A DNA stretch of 64,000 nucleotides from Hormiphora californensis (lineage: Eukaryota > Animalia > Ctenophora), in NCBI GenBank assembly GCA_020137815.1, contig CM035356.1, positions 124,001 to 188,000 of the forward strand. The letters run 5' to 3'. This document shows positions 21,771 through 34,220 of the stretch, piece after piece. The notes under the pieces are model-generated. The model was not told the origin of the DNA, did not search any database, and saw nothing but the letters and a program-made list of their open reading frames with translations. Positions within the stretch are counted from its first letter, which is position 1. Each line of letters opens with the position of its first letter. Both the position numbers and the translations under genes were made by a program.

Positions 21771-23368
21771 CTACGCTACATGGCTATTAGCAGTCTCCAA
21801 AAATTTAGGAAAAATGCACACACTAGGGGACTGCAGTGCATGCATCGTGGAAAGATAAAGACATTTTTGTTCAAAACAAGATTATTTGCACTATACGGTC
21901 AAACATGGTTTTCTAGCAATGTTTTGAGGTAAAAGAGATAGAAATGTCAAATTGATATATAATTATACAGATAAAAAAGCGATACAATAGATGCCTCCCC
22001 CAAATGATGTTCCATATACCGTATCGTCTCACACTGCTAATGAGGCTCCCCCGAATCATAGTGTTTTGTAACCCGTATCGTCTCACACTGCCAATAAGGC
22101 GTCCCGGAATCGTGTCACATATCCATCACCCTAATTTGAAACACTAACAAAATTTGTTAGTGCACTAACAAATTTGGTAGTGACGTCACTAACAAAATTT
22201 CCTAATAGTGCCGAAAGGATGCGGAGCAAGGGGAAAGAGCTTCAGAATTACTAAGTAAGTAGCTAGAACAAATGTTAATTCTGAGAAAGAAGAGATGAAG
22301 CAGAAGTACGAGGAAGTGGTTGATGGAATGTCATTTTCTCAAGAACATGTTACTCTGGTAAAAGAGGAACTACATCAGCGAATCGAGGACAGTGACTCGA
22401 AGATCCTCGAGTTGGAGGACGTAATATCGAAACAGGCCGAGATGATTAGCATTTACAAGCAAATGTCTGAGGAGGTCACAGGCGGTTACTGCAATATGAC
22501 AGATGTGGAGTGTGTGAGAAATGATCTAAACGATGATTGGACAACCCGAAAGAGTTAAAACCACTGGGACCGCCTACAGTCTGCACCTTTGATCCTTAAT
22601 CCGCATTTGTAGATGCTCTCACCGGTTTACGGTTATGCTCTGAAATGTGACCGGCTTGTGGTCGGCAGATGGATCACTGAACATTTTTTCCCTGCCCGGG
22701 TGAATGCCGAAGGCATTCACCCGGATGCCTTTTTACTTTGTAAAAAGGCATAGCAGGGTTAGAATTCGAAAACGACATTTTGGTATACTAACTAATCGGT
22801 AGAGGGACATTTTTTGGTCACACTTTCGTTGCGAGGGCAACGGTGTAGCAACAAGAGCCGCGCACACAGTTACGAGCTGCTCCTTCATAAACCACTTCAA
22901 TGGCACGTTTTCAGGAAATGTGTGGCGCGCAATGTGGCGGCGTGGCGCGCAATTTAGTGCTACTAAAACACAAGGATTTGCTCTATACTGTTTGTTTGAT
23001 ATATAAATGATCGGGATTTTGTGTCCCGCTCGCTGCTATAGCGGATCTAGTCATGATTTCCTTTCTTCGTAGATTCACACGGCAGGGAAATTCAGCATTA
23101 TGTTAGAACATAATGCAATTAATCTTGTTACAGTTTACTGCTCGTAGGTTCAACGGCTGGACGCTTCTTTTCATTTTTCAAGGTCAAGGAGTTAAGTAAC
23201 AAAATAACAAATTAATTAATTTCAGTGCCTTCTTCCTCGGTTCCTCTTCAATCCTCAGGTCACCAGTTTAGTGTGCGCCAAAGTTTATCTGGTAGGAAAT
23301 GTAAATGTAAATGTAATATAATCATTTATATATACCACTTTATAGTGTAAAATAATGGAGCACGCACC

Positions 23369-24573
23369 AATAATAATAAATAATAATAAAAATGACAGTT
23401 TATATCCCGCACTGACACAGTTTGTATACAGACAACTCGTTTTCCTTAATTTGAAAGGGACTGCAGTAGACTGCCTGCTCCTAGCACGGTTCTCTGATAA
23501 CGGTGAGTTAGTGGGGAACTATCCCACTTGGATAAGATTATTACGGATGAAGTAGCAGCCGTCAGGATCTTCTGATCGTATCCGCTTCAAAGTGGACCTT
23601 AGAGCTTTTTGCTCTTTCAGTTCAGAGGGCGTAAGATCCGGAGAGAGATAAACAGCCGAAAACTGTTTGGAGTCTTTGAGGTTTCGTGCCTTTCTGAGGA
23701 GTGCGAGGAGAGTCGCTCTCTTCTCCAGGGATACTAAGAGCGGTCTAGGGCGCTTCTCATTTCTTTCGCCGATGCGTTTCATCGTAGTCACTTTCGGTTT
23801 CTCAATTAATTCCTCAAAAAGTTCGTCTAAAGTAGTTTTAGCTACTCTATCGGTTGTTTCTGGGAGACCAAACACAACCATGTTCTTCTCTCTTCCGGGC
23901 TGTTGGACGGGAGTAGGATGATTCACTGGTAGTGGTTTTCCCACTTTGGGGGAGGTTGCAGCACAATTCTGTGCTAGCACAGTAGAGTAGGCTTTCACCT
24001 TCTGCACCGATGCTGTCACTGTACTGAGTTGTTGCTTCTGGTGGTTGATAACCGTTTGCTGAAGCTCGATTACGTTAACCCGATGGCGGTCAAGTTCTTC
24101 TTTACATTCACGCAGCTGTTTCTCGAGGTTTTCCACACTGATAACCGTTTCAAAATTGTTCATTGTTGCTCGGGCAAGTTTCATACTGGAGAGAAAAATA
24201 CGCGAAGTAGCCTCGATTATTTCACTCGTAGTTCGGTCCTTGAGACAATGTCTAAAGTACGAACCCCAGTGCTTGCTAGGCGAAGCTAAGCTGTCGTTGG
24301 TTAACATTGAATCGGGTGCAGCTTGAATCGATCTATAACATTGAGTAAACTCATCTGGTGTGATGCTCGTCGTGTTGTCCGAATTCAACAGGTAAACTTC
24401 AGAAACAAAGTCATCCACCGTCTCTTCTAATCGTTTTATCATAGGGTTATCGCCCTCGTACTTCGCTTCCGACATTATCAACGTTTCGTTTTTCTGCCCT
24501 TCGGGGCTGTTACATCGGATTCATCTTCCTGCTCAAATTAATTTGTTTAAAGTAGTGTTGAAAAGTTTGAAAC
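23369..24573 (-). mobile_element. SL-headed, ORF1-only non-autonomous LINE derivative
   Basis: SL-like 42-mer at 24573-24532, intact ORF, ~130-nt 3' UTR, (TTA)n-type tail at 23391-23369; no RT. Confidence 0.8.
23519..24475 (-). CDS. LINE ORF1-like protein (coiled coil + RRM-like + C-terminal domain), 318 aa
   Basis: LEKQLRECKEELD coiled coil; REKNMVVFGLPE, RIG..RPRPLLV, VYLSPDLT..E....LR motifs typical of CR1/L2-group ORF1p. Confidence 0.85.
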   Translation of the reverse strand: MSEAKYEGDNPMIKRLEETVDDFVSEVYLLNSDNTTSITPDEFTQCYRSIQAAPDSMLTNDSLASPSKHWGSYFRHCLKDRTTSEIIEATSRIFLSSMKLARATMNNFETVISVENLEKQLRECKEELDRHRVNVIELQQTVINHQKQQLSTVTASVQKVKAYSTVLAQNCAATSPKVGKPLPVNHPTPVQQPGREKNMVVFGLPETTDRVAKTTLDELFEELIEKPKVTTMKRIGERNEKRPRPLLVSLEKRATLLALLRKARNLKDSKQFSAVYLSPDLTPSELKEQKALRSTLKRIRSEDPDGCYFIRNNLIQVG

Positions 24574-24617
24574 CAACAGCCTACGCTTGACATACTCGCT
24601 CACTTTCAAAAGTGGTA

Positions 24618-25011
24618 TGTCAAGGCCTAACAGCTAACTCCAACCCAAACCCCAACCCTAACCCTAACCCTACTTTAGCCCTAACCCAAAAAACCGTTTG
24701 CCAATTGCCAGCACTCACGAAACACTCAGATTTTAACGCTGGCCCACGTGATAAATTTGAAAAAAAAACCACGCGCAGCCCAGATTTTATTTGTCAGCAC
24801 TGCGGCGCACAGAAACGCCGCAGAAACGCCGCGCGCGTGGGAAAAACCGTAAGAGCTTCCATTAGCAACCGGGCCGGGCCGGGCCCCCTTTAAAATAGGC
24901 CAGCGTTAAAATCTGGGTGTTTTGGGAGTGCTGACAAACGGTTTTTTAGGGTTAGGGCTAAAGTAGGGTTAGGGTTAGGGTTGGCGTTTGGGTTGGGGTT
25001 AGGTCTTGACA
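24618..25011. repeat. Inverted-repeat element whose arms contain degenerate CCCTAA/TTAGGG arrays
   Basis: TGTCAAGGCCTAAC..CCCTAACCC..GCACTC..CAGATTTTAACGCTGGCC mirrored at 24897-25011. Confidence 0.7.
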
Positions 25012-25274
25012 TTCCCTACCATATGAACTTTGAATCAGCCAAAACGGTTGAGTGGTTTGGCGGTTAGAGCCATTTTAGTGAATCAACTTTTTTGGCAGCG
25101 CGCACCTGTAAACAGGCCTCCAAACACCCAGATCGTAACGGCGCCCTTTAAAATACTTAGTAGTAAACGCTGAACTTTTTTAGGGAACCCTGTCGATTCT
25201 AGACTCGAGTGATATTTAATGATCCATTAATACATTCGTTTAAATTTTTACTCACTCTGATCGTTTCTAGAAAG

Positions 25275-28200
25275 ATGGCGGAGGTTCTAGATCCTATGAC
25301 ACTCATGCTGTACGAGCTACACTCCAATATTTCGTCCAAAGAACTCAGAACACTTACTGCAGTTACCAATGCGCCACATGATATAAGGTACTAGTAAATC
25401 ACCTTAATTTACTATTTGTTTTTTAAACAAGAATAATTGTGGTATGGTGTCTTACCACCTGATTTCCACGCATAGAATATAATCTGGCATGTCCCAGTTG
25501 CCACGCCTGCTTCTAATTGGACACTGATACGTGAGCCGGTGCAGCTGATTCCAGTTGTCTAATGTCAGTTGTCAACATGGATTAATATCAGCTCTTTTTC
25601 CTAAACCCTATGCCTTTTTGCAAAAAGCATCCAGGTGAAGGATTTAGGAATTTCCTAAAAAAGTAACATTCGGACACTTTCTTAACTTTTTAGATGTGAA
25701 ATAGAGGACGGTCTAGATCTGTTTAGTTATCTTAATGAAGAGGATCTTCTTTACAAAGACTATCTCATCATGCTCGCCAATAGTCTCGGTATAAATTCGG
25801 CAATTTAATAGTAAATGTTCAAACCTCCATGCATTTGTGGTACATACTCTCTCTACTACTATGCTAGTAAACATTTGTAAATGGTAACGGTATCCGTGTC
25901 ATAATATGTAATACATACAATGTTTGTGCTAGTACATACATGTATACTTTCCCCGTTATAGAACGAAAGGATTTAGTTGAGACCATTGATCGGTTTTATA
26001 GCGAGGACTGGAAGGAATCTGCGTTTGCATTCACTACGGAAATATTTCTCAAGACAGGTATACTTTCCTCCGTCGTGCATCCACACATTCAGATATTTGT
26101 TGAATTTTCAGCTGTACATAACTGTTATACTGAGCTGCTGCAGTATTCACAAGCACGGTTAGCACAGTTTACAACCTGCAAATGTCTGTATTATATACCG
26201 CATGACTAATGTATGAGTCCATGGTGAGTAGTGGGTAGGTACTGGATTACCAAACAACACTAATCCTAATTGTCTAGTGGTGTGCAGGTGAAGTACCAGT
26301 TGTTTCTCGGAGCTCATTCCGTACCACTGAGATATCTAACAAATATTCATATGACATTGCACTACAATACACCACCCTGGATTCAGACTTTGCTATTGCA
26401 TTGACACAGGTTAGTGTTAGCTTTTAATTGCACTTGATATACGGCTCTTAGTATTAGTTTATTGAAAATAAGTAGGTATCACTTACCATTGCCAATGCAA
26501 TCTCCCAGGGTCTCAAGGAGAGAGGGGTCAAGGTATGCGAGGGAGAATTCGAGGAGGGACAACTTCAGGCACGATATATTTTGGTAGTTCTATCCAAGCA
26601 GTATTTCACACAAGGTCTTCAGGATCATCTCCTCCCTATCCTGGTGGGTGTTTACTATGGAAGATTTGTAGGTATACCTAACGGGTGTTACACATTTGAA
26701 ACAGCTGTAAAATTTTCCCTTTTGAGATACAGCTTCGGGCCAGTTATAGAGCGATTTTTCAGACAATTTTGAATCGGAATAATACGTATGCCGGCAAAAA
26801 CTAAACTGTTCATTTTCATTGCGATATCGCATCATTTCCTCTTGTCACACCAAAGCATGTAGTACGGAGTGTTACAATATAACAACAGTTATTATAGGAG
26901 TAACATCAAAATGCTTTCTGTGGCTTAACAGTGATGCTCCGTCATATTGGCCGCCCGCATCAAGCATCGCCCAAAGCTTTGTCCACGACGTCTAGCAGGC
27001 AGTTCGCGGGCATTGAATGCTCCTTTTTTTGCGTCGTTGAAAAGGCTTTGGGCGGCGCTGTGCGGGCAGGGTGGTGGCCAGTACACTTGCCTCCCATGTA
27101 TTAAGGTCCAGGTGCGGGCCGCCAATTTCACGGAGTACCACTGTAAAATATGAGTAAAACACTTTACTGTTCGCAGAGAGAGGAGGTGAATCCGGCCGCT
27201 TCATTGCAGCGGATATTCCCTGTCTTAGTTGGATTAACTCCTGAGTCACTTGAGGATCTGTGTCCTGAATTCAACTTAATCTCTCAATTCTCTGCAATAT
27301 CAGGTATGCTTGCCTTGCTCGACCCTGTCTCATTGCGCCCCACACGGTGAAAAATGAAAAATAGTTTAACAAAACAAAGGTATGCTATGTGATATTGTGA
27401 TTAACAAGATAAACAACGATATAATGGTACTAAATCAAATAAATTGACAGAAGCTTTCGAGATCACTGTGTATCACGTCTTCAGCTATAATGAGAGTGAG
27501 GGTGGTAGTCCTTATAAGGGAGGAGAAGAGATAGGTGATCCAGAGGGAGGAGATGTGGTTAGGAAGGAGAGGTGATCCAGGGAGGGGAGGTAAGTGATCC
27601 AGGGAGGAGAGCAGCTAGGAAGCGGTAGGTGATCCGAACTTGGAGATGTTGCTGGGTCTAGGACGGAAGGAAGAGGTGATCCGAGGAAGGAGGGAGTTCC
27701 ACTGAGGATTGATGGCGGGTCCCTTGAGGGTACGGTTGACTTCAGGTTTGAGGATGGTAATGGCAGCGTGTTCTAGGAGATCCAAGTGGGAAGAGGATGG
27801 AGCAGTAGTTAGGATTTCCGTGTTGTTCCAGCCAATGGTGTGTGAAGATTTTAGGGCATGTAGGGCAGGGGCGGATTTGATGTTTCCATAGGAATTAGTA
27901 GAGTTATCAAGGCGGTGATGGCGCTCGTGTTCCGTGATGCGAGTAAGAACAGGTCGTTTGGTTTGGCCAATGTAGGAAGCAGGACAGTCCAGACAGGGAA
28001 TACGGTAGATAACGTTGCACGTTGAAGAAGAGGGAGTAGAGGATTTGGTACGGGTGAGGGTGTTCCTAATGGAGGTAGAAGAAGAAGAGAAGGATACAGC
28101 GATGTTGTAGCGGTTGAGGATCCTCTTCAGTGGGTTGGCCAGGTCAGGATGATAAGGAAGGGAGATCCTGTGGATGATGCGTTGAGAGTCTCTCCATTCA

Positions 28201-31200
28201 CGGTCGAAGTCACCAATAGTGGGTTTCCTGTGTAGTTTATCACGTACAGAGTCCATCAGGGTGGTTGTCTCGTGAGGAGGGAATCCATTAGCCAGGCAGA
28301 TAGAGTAGACGGTGTCGAGTTCCTGTTCCACATGTTGAGGAGAGCAGAGAGTGTAGGCACGTCTGGTGAGGGACTGGATGACGGAGCGTCGAGTAGAGGC
28401 TGGGGTAGAGGAGTTGTATTTCAGGTAGAGGTTGGTGTGGGTAGGTTTCCTGTAGATAGACGTAGAAAGATCAGGGTGGATGAGGACATCAAGATAGGGT
28501 AGGTAGCCATCCTTGGGGTGTTCAATGGTGTACTGGAGGTCAGAAGAGAGGGAGTTGATGTGGTGTTATAGGAAGGCGGTAGCGTGATATTGTGATGTTA
28601 CTCATTGAGGTCATGTCGTTGGGAAAACATCAACTTATCTCAGCACTCAGCAGTAATAGTATGTACATACTTATAACCAAAATCCAGGTAGACGAACTCT
28701 AACTTTTTTAAATGATGTCTATTGTCTAATCAAACAAGTGAAATTGTGACGCTATAAAGTTTCCACCGCCATTCTCGGCCCCATACTGTCTCCTGATCCT
28801 GTGATCGCTGTTACCTTAGTCATAAAATATCTCAACAACACTATTCTCGCATTAGGCGACATAAGAAGGTAAATCACTGGATTGAGGATAGATGTCAGAC
28901 AAGGACTTACTACCCAAACCATAAATTCATTCATTATCAACCTCCATATAGGCATGTTTGACGCTACTACGCTGTCATCTTCGTCATCCCCCCAAAACGT
29001 GACATTGAAAATAATAATTGTTACCCACAAACATGACAATGAGTTTAGGATCAGGACTTTAAGGGTGCTACTCAGGGGAAGGGGTACACCCGCAATAGGG
29101 CGGATGTGCCTCCAAAACAGGTGTATTATAGTCAGTATCCCACAGATACAGCCGATAGCAACAATCAGAAGATAATATCCCGTACATCCTGCCTTCCAGA
29201 TAACTCGACGTGTCGTGGTTGTGTTCCAGCCCAGGCTTATTACCGCATCATACCCCATTATTTGTGTGACAGTATTGACGTAGATGTAGAGAACTTCGCC
29301 AGTCATGAGACACACCATATCAACTAATAGGGGAAGGATCGCCCCTATTACTAAACCCCAAACTACCGCCCTTTCTGGGATGTAGAGGTATGGAAACTGG
29401 ATCTGAAGGAATCGTATCGTTGAGAACAAACTCGTAGTGACAACAGGTACTAGAGTGAAGACACCGTTGATATAGGTGAACACAGATTTCCAGCTCCACG
29501 GCTCAATAACCTCCATATACATGTAGTAGGAGTTGTTGCAGATGGGAGCTTGTAGGGTGTCCTCGTAGCACGATTCTAACTTGCCAGGCCATAGCCCCGT
29601 CATCATGCGTGTTGATATGATGGGCATCCCAAGGAGGTCCATACCAGATAGGATCATGTACAGTGTTCGGGCAATGGAGGCCGGTTTTCTGTAGTTGTGA
29701 AGTAGAATGGTGAAGTTGAGCGGACACGAAATACAGGGAAGGAAGAGGAAGAATAGGAATAGAGTGAAGTCAGGATTTGACGTACCCCCTTCACTGAATA
29801 TTGCCATGATTATTACTCAACTGTCAAAAGGATAAGGGTTGTAAGTAATAGGTAGTCAGAGTGACTAGCGTGTGAAGAAGAAAACCCCCATCGCATGATG
29901 GAGAATATAAATATTTATATTCTACAAAACCGAATATATTACAAAACCTTCCTGTATGCAGCGAAGCAACCTGTAGCTACTCAAAGTAAAACTGTGGTCT
30001 TCTGTGAGGCTTTCGGGGTTCTGTTTTCACTTCTCAAGAACCTTCATTGTAAGAAAACTGCAAAATTTTCCAATCGTAGTTATTCTAGGAAGGCCTAATC
30101 TGGAGTATTACACGGTCGCTTGTAGTGGGAATACTGTAATGGAAAACGGAGACACTGTATGAAGACGCGCAACCGCGTCCAATCGGCGCGGTAGTACGTG
30201 CTGACCACAAAGTACTTTTAACAGATTGTTGACAAAAGCACTCGCGCGTTACGCAAATTCCGCGCAGATTACTGTATTCTGCGTTACAGTATTTTCACTG
30301 CAAGCAGCACTGTAACATAGCTAAGAAGAAAATGCAACTAAGTAAGACAGAAATGATAGAGGATCGTTTGATTCTGTACAGCTGGCAATTGGCATACACC
30401 TGTAAACATACGACCATCATGCCATAGCTAGAGTCTATACCTTTTTTAGTTATAAGCCTGTATTGCGGAAGGACTCATATCTGATATCACTATCAGAATC
30501 GAAGGGAATGTTGTACATTGACCTACCCCAATTTCCATTTGTTGCCACTAGACTACTATTGTACAGGTATAGCAGAGGTGATACGATTAGTGAGTATGAC
30601 AGTACGGAACAGACTGAAGATAACAGTCAGTCAGAACTACCACCCTGCAGTGGTACTAAAGTGCACCTCTAGAGCACAATCAGGTAACTATCAGCTGTAC
30701 TTTAATTACATTCGGAGCTTACTTTGTTAATACGTAATTATAAGTCATAACTTGATCTACCAAACCCTTGCTGCAGAGCACAGTATGAGCCATAACCTCA
30801 TAACTTGTATATTCAGGGAAAAACCAGTCGTTTGAAGTTGGCCTGGCTGAGAGAGATAGTTTCACTGTCAGTAGATCGGAAAACAGCATCCTTTTTAGAG
30901 GAGATAAAGGTGAGTTTATCTATCAATTTTGGTGGTTACAAGGGTGGGGTAACATGCTGGTAAATGCACACAAAAGACACTACCCGTCTTCGTGCTATTA
31001 GCCTTGATGCACATGCGACTGTCTAAGCTTCGCTCCCCGTTGACATTGCCTGAAACCGGCTCAAGCGTGTGTTCATGTGTATTGATTGAATCCCGGTACT
31101 CCAAGACCCCATGAACAAACACAATGAATTTATATTGTTTCCTCATTCATATTATCTTGTTTTTTCTTCTTGTCACATTACAGTCTACCCTACAGCTCAG

Positions 31201-32552
31201 ACTCTGTCAATGTGTCATGACGTGTCATAAGGCGGGTGTTTCCTCCTATATTTTATATTTGACTAGGCAAGGAGATGATTGTGACATCTCGTGTGTGTTT
31301 CAGGTATCAAGGGACTGCGGGATAGTCAACAGAATGGGCACTGTGTCATCAGCTCTAATCCAGAGTGCCCCGGTGCCATTCTAACCTCTATGGGACACCC
31401 TCTAACTATAATAGCAGTCACCTCTCCCATCATCCTTCCCACAGGTGAGGGATTTACTATTGTTATTATTTTTATTTACTATTATTATATATCATTTAGA
31501 TTCTAAAGTTAGAATCCGCTTTAAAATACCGCGTTAGGAGACTTATTTTCATTCAACACCTGCTTTACTTGTCTACTGCATATAACAGCTGCCCTGCAAC
31601 ACACGTCATATGAATGGAGGATTGTGAGCTGCTTGTCAACAAGCACACTGAATATGATATATGTGTAGCACACACTTGTGTAGAGTGTTTGATCAACAGA
31701 CAATTCAAATAGTTATACCAGCACAGCTATAATTCAGCTATGTTCCCATTGCAATTCCTGATGCCTGATTCCACTGCAGGCACCACCACACTACTAATAG
31801 GGAGAGAATGGATCAGTATCGCAGCTAAAAGGAACGCATCACAATGCCAAGCTAAGGTGAAGTTGACGTAAGTAAAACATGAAGTAATGACCTAATGACT
31901 TCAGCTAAAATTAGTTATGGAATAATTTTACGATTTGTGACAGCTGTATTATCATGTACTTGTCCTCCACCCCTTACTTAACAAGTACTTCCAGGGTGGC
32001 AGAAGATAACCCTGAGGTACTTTCTGTGCGTGTTACGAGTCCTAAGATTAGGGAGGAGGTTGAGTTTAATGGGTCTGTTGTACTGGGATCGGGAGAGGGA
32101 TCAAACCTTCGGATAACTGTGAGAGAATTGTGATTTGCTCTACTGCTACACTCATCCCGACACAATCTGACATATTCTCCCTTCATTGTATGTTATTATT
32201 ATGTTGTATTTCAGATGCCTGGTGTGGATGTCGGAAAACAACACTGCAAGATCTCCAAGACTCCTGAGGGGCACTGGGTTCTCCGCTCCCTAGCTCCCTC
32301 TCTCTTTATCTTCCTCCAGTTGATCAACCCTGCCCAGGAGGTGGCTGTTGCTCCTGGAACTGAGTTGTTACTGGGTGAGTTTAGGATTATATCGAACTTT
32401 TTATCATGGAAAAATTTGAACGTTATATACAATAAATAAATGTCAATAAATAAAGCCGCACGTCCCGGGCTCCACCAACATGGAGTCAGTCCAATATAAC
32501 AGGTGGCACCCAGAGTAAAAATATATATGTATTCAAAATTGTTCTTAATTAA
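25275..32552 (+). CDS. Multi-exon protein: death effector domain + TIR-like region + two FHA-like repeats (middle exon joins uncertain)
   Basis: Exons 25275-25387, 25694-25788, 25962-26057 (DED: LYELHSNISSKELRTL..GLDLFSYL..RKDLV), 26288-26409, 26509-(26613/26671/26772) (YDIALQY..DFAIAL..LKERGVKV..YILVVLSKQYF), probable ~26999-27111 and ~27177-27303, then ~30568-30683, ~30817-30909, ~31304-31444, ~31780-31868, ~31995-32118, 32215-32374 (VGKQHCKI..GHWVL), 32503-32552. Downstream exons are phase-compatible. Confidence 0.6.
27402..28583 (-). mobile_element. 5'-truncated Penelope-like element (RT C-terminus + GIY-YIG endonuclease)
   Basis: ORF 28331-27615 with NVIYRIPCLDCPASYIGQTKR..RITEH; upstream YLDV..SVYRKPTHT; 13-bp TSD GTGATATTGTGAT (27389-27401, 28584-28596). 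Confidence 0.92.
27447..27488 (-). ncRNA. Minimal type I hammerhead ribozyme in the Penelope pLTR
   Basis: AUAG-CUGAAGA-(imperfect stem II)-GAAAG-CUU-CUGU; palindromic stem III AAGCUU, typical of PLE hammerheads. Confidence 0.75.
28752..29807 (-). CDS. Single-exon rhodopsin-class GPCR, 351 aa
   Basis: Seven hydrophobic segments, TM1 N, TM2 LSGMD, TM3 IRF, TM7 LNPVIY. Confidence 0.88.
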   Translation of the reverse strand: MAIFSEGGTSNPDFTLFLFFLFLPCISCPLNFTILLHNYRKPASIARTLYMILSGMDLLGMPIISTRMMTGLWPGKLESCYEDTLQAPICNNSYYMYMEVIEPWSWKSVFTYINGVFTLVPVVTTSLFSTIRFLQIQFPYLYIPERAVVWGLVIGAILPLLVDMVCLMTGEVLYIYVNTVTQIMGYDAVISLGWNTTTTRRVIWKAGCTGYYLLIVAIGCICGILTIIHLFWRHIRPIAGVPLPLSSTLKVLILNSLSCLWVTIIIFNVTFWGDDEDDSVVASNMPIWRLIMNEFMVWVVSPCLTSILNPVIYLLMSPNARIVLLRYFMTKVTAITGSGDSMGPRMAVETL

Positions 32553-32699
32553 ACCTATAAGAACAGTTCTCAACTCTCAACCCTTCACTGCATACTGGTA
32601 GAAGAAGATTAACGGTGCGCTGAAGACGAGGGAGGTGGTCTAATGGCGGCGTCCGAGGCAGGAGAGCTGGAGCGGTGTGTCTGTAGTAGCTGGGAAAGT

Positions 32700-33172
32700 T
32701 AAGGGGGAGCAGGGGGTGTAATAGATTTAAATAAGCGAGTCGTCAGTCCAATCGAGAAAATATCAAGGGAAGATGATTGTCTGATTTCGACTGGGAGTTC
32801 TGACAAAAAAGCTGTTTCTAAAGTTCTGACAAAGTTCTGACAAAAAAGCTGTTTCTAAAGGCAGAGCTCAGAGGTTGAACAGTACAGCCAACCGTGGTGA
32901 AATCGACAAGGTCAATTATGTCACGGTTAGCCCGGGTTCGGTAAGAGATGTCAGTAGAGCTCTTAAGAAAGAGATAAGGGGGAAGATCAAGATTTATAAT
33001 ACCCGAAATAACTTTGTAGAACAGCTTGAGATCATTAAAGAGAAAGTGAAGGTGAATAGGGAGAATACTAAAGTTGGATAAGTTAAGATAATATATTTCC
33101 TCACTCCAACTCACAGTGGGATTGACGCCATACACCCACTTGATGGCCCTCTTCTGAGCTGCCTCAAGCTTT
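32700..33172 (-). pseudogene. 3' fragment of a CR1-group LINE ORF2
   Basis: LEAAQKRAIKWV..LPI..NDLKLFYKVISG..FRNSFFVRT. Confidence 0.8.
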
Positions 33173-34069
33173 ACACGGAGACCCGCCTACTTATATATAA
33201 TATCAAGAGACAGAGAAAGAGACAGAGACAGAGACAGAGATAGAGATAGAGACAGAGACAGAGACAGAGACAGAGACAGAGACAGAGACAGAGACAGAGA
33301 CAGAGACAGAGATGTACCAATAAAGAAATTAGCCTCTTGGAAATATTTTTTCCCTGCCCGGGTGAATGCCCGAAGGGCATTCACCCGGATGATGTTTTTA
33401 GCACGCACGTGCTAAAAAGATCATTCAGGGTTTAGAAATCAGCAGATCGTGGGGGTTAACTAAATGTCCGTCCGTCCGTCACGGACAACGCCTAACAACA
33501 AGTCTGCTCCTTCATAAAACTTTCATCTCACGCTTCGTTGATTCAACAAAGGAAATGATTAACACTTATTGTGGCGCGCAATTACTCGCTGATAGCACTT
33601 CCCACTATCACCTGAAATCACTTTGGGCGCCCTACAGCCATGCCATGAAGTGGTAGAACGTCTTCCAAGCATGAAACTACTGTCACACTAGTGACTCGAG
33701 TTGAGATGCGGTTAAAGTTGAAGCACTTGGTTACCAACTGGGGTCTCCTAAGCAACTGCCTTGGTTGCCATAACAACTGTCTTGGTTACCATGGCAACTA
33801 CTTTGGTTACCATAGCAACTGCGTTGGTTACCATAGCAACTAACCTAGTTACCTTAGTAACCAACATCGCATCAGCCAAAAAATGCTCTTTGAGCACAAA
33901 ATTCATCAGGAAATCCAGTTTTGAAGCTTATTCATCAATTTTAAATCCATTTGTGGCAGGGAAACACTGCATTATGAACACATAATGCAATAATTCTTGT
34001 TTCAGTCAAAAACTTCGAACTTCAGTGTGTGTCACAGGCCGTAGTTTTGGCGTTTTGGGCGCACGAAAA

Positions 34070-34220
34070 GGGGGGGGGTTTATATCGTTGTATATAGTAT
34101 TGCAAAAGGGGGGGTTTTTATATCGTTGTATGTAGTATTGCAAAAGGGGGGGGGGGTTATATCGTTGTATGTAGTATTGCAAAAGGGGGGGTTATATCGT
34201 TGTATGTAGTATTGCAAAAA
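34070..34220. repeat. ~35-bp tandem repeat x4; a 21-bp repeat also lies at ~33760-33863
   Basis: G(n)TTATATCGTTGTATGTAGTATTGCAAAA units; TTGGTTACCATAGCAACT-type units. Confidence 0.9.

Noticed and set aside
22218-22558. Coiled-coil ORF as a host gene
   Set aside because: Short, with no recognisable domain and no convincing exon chain; left uncalled.
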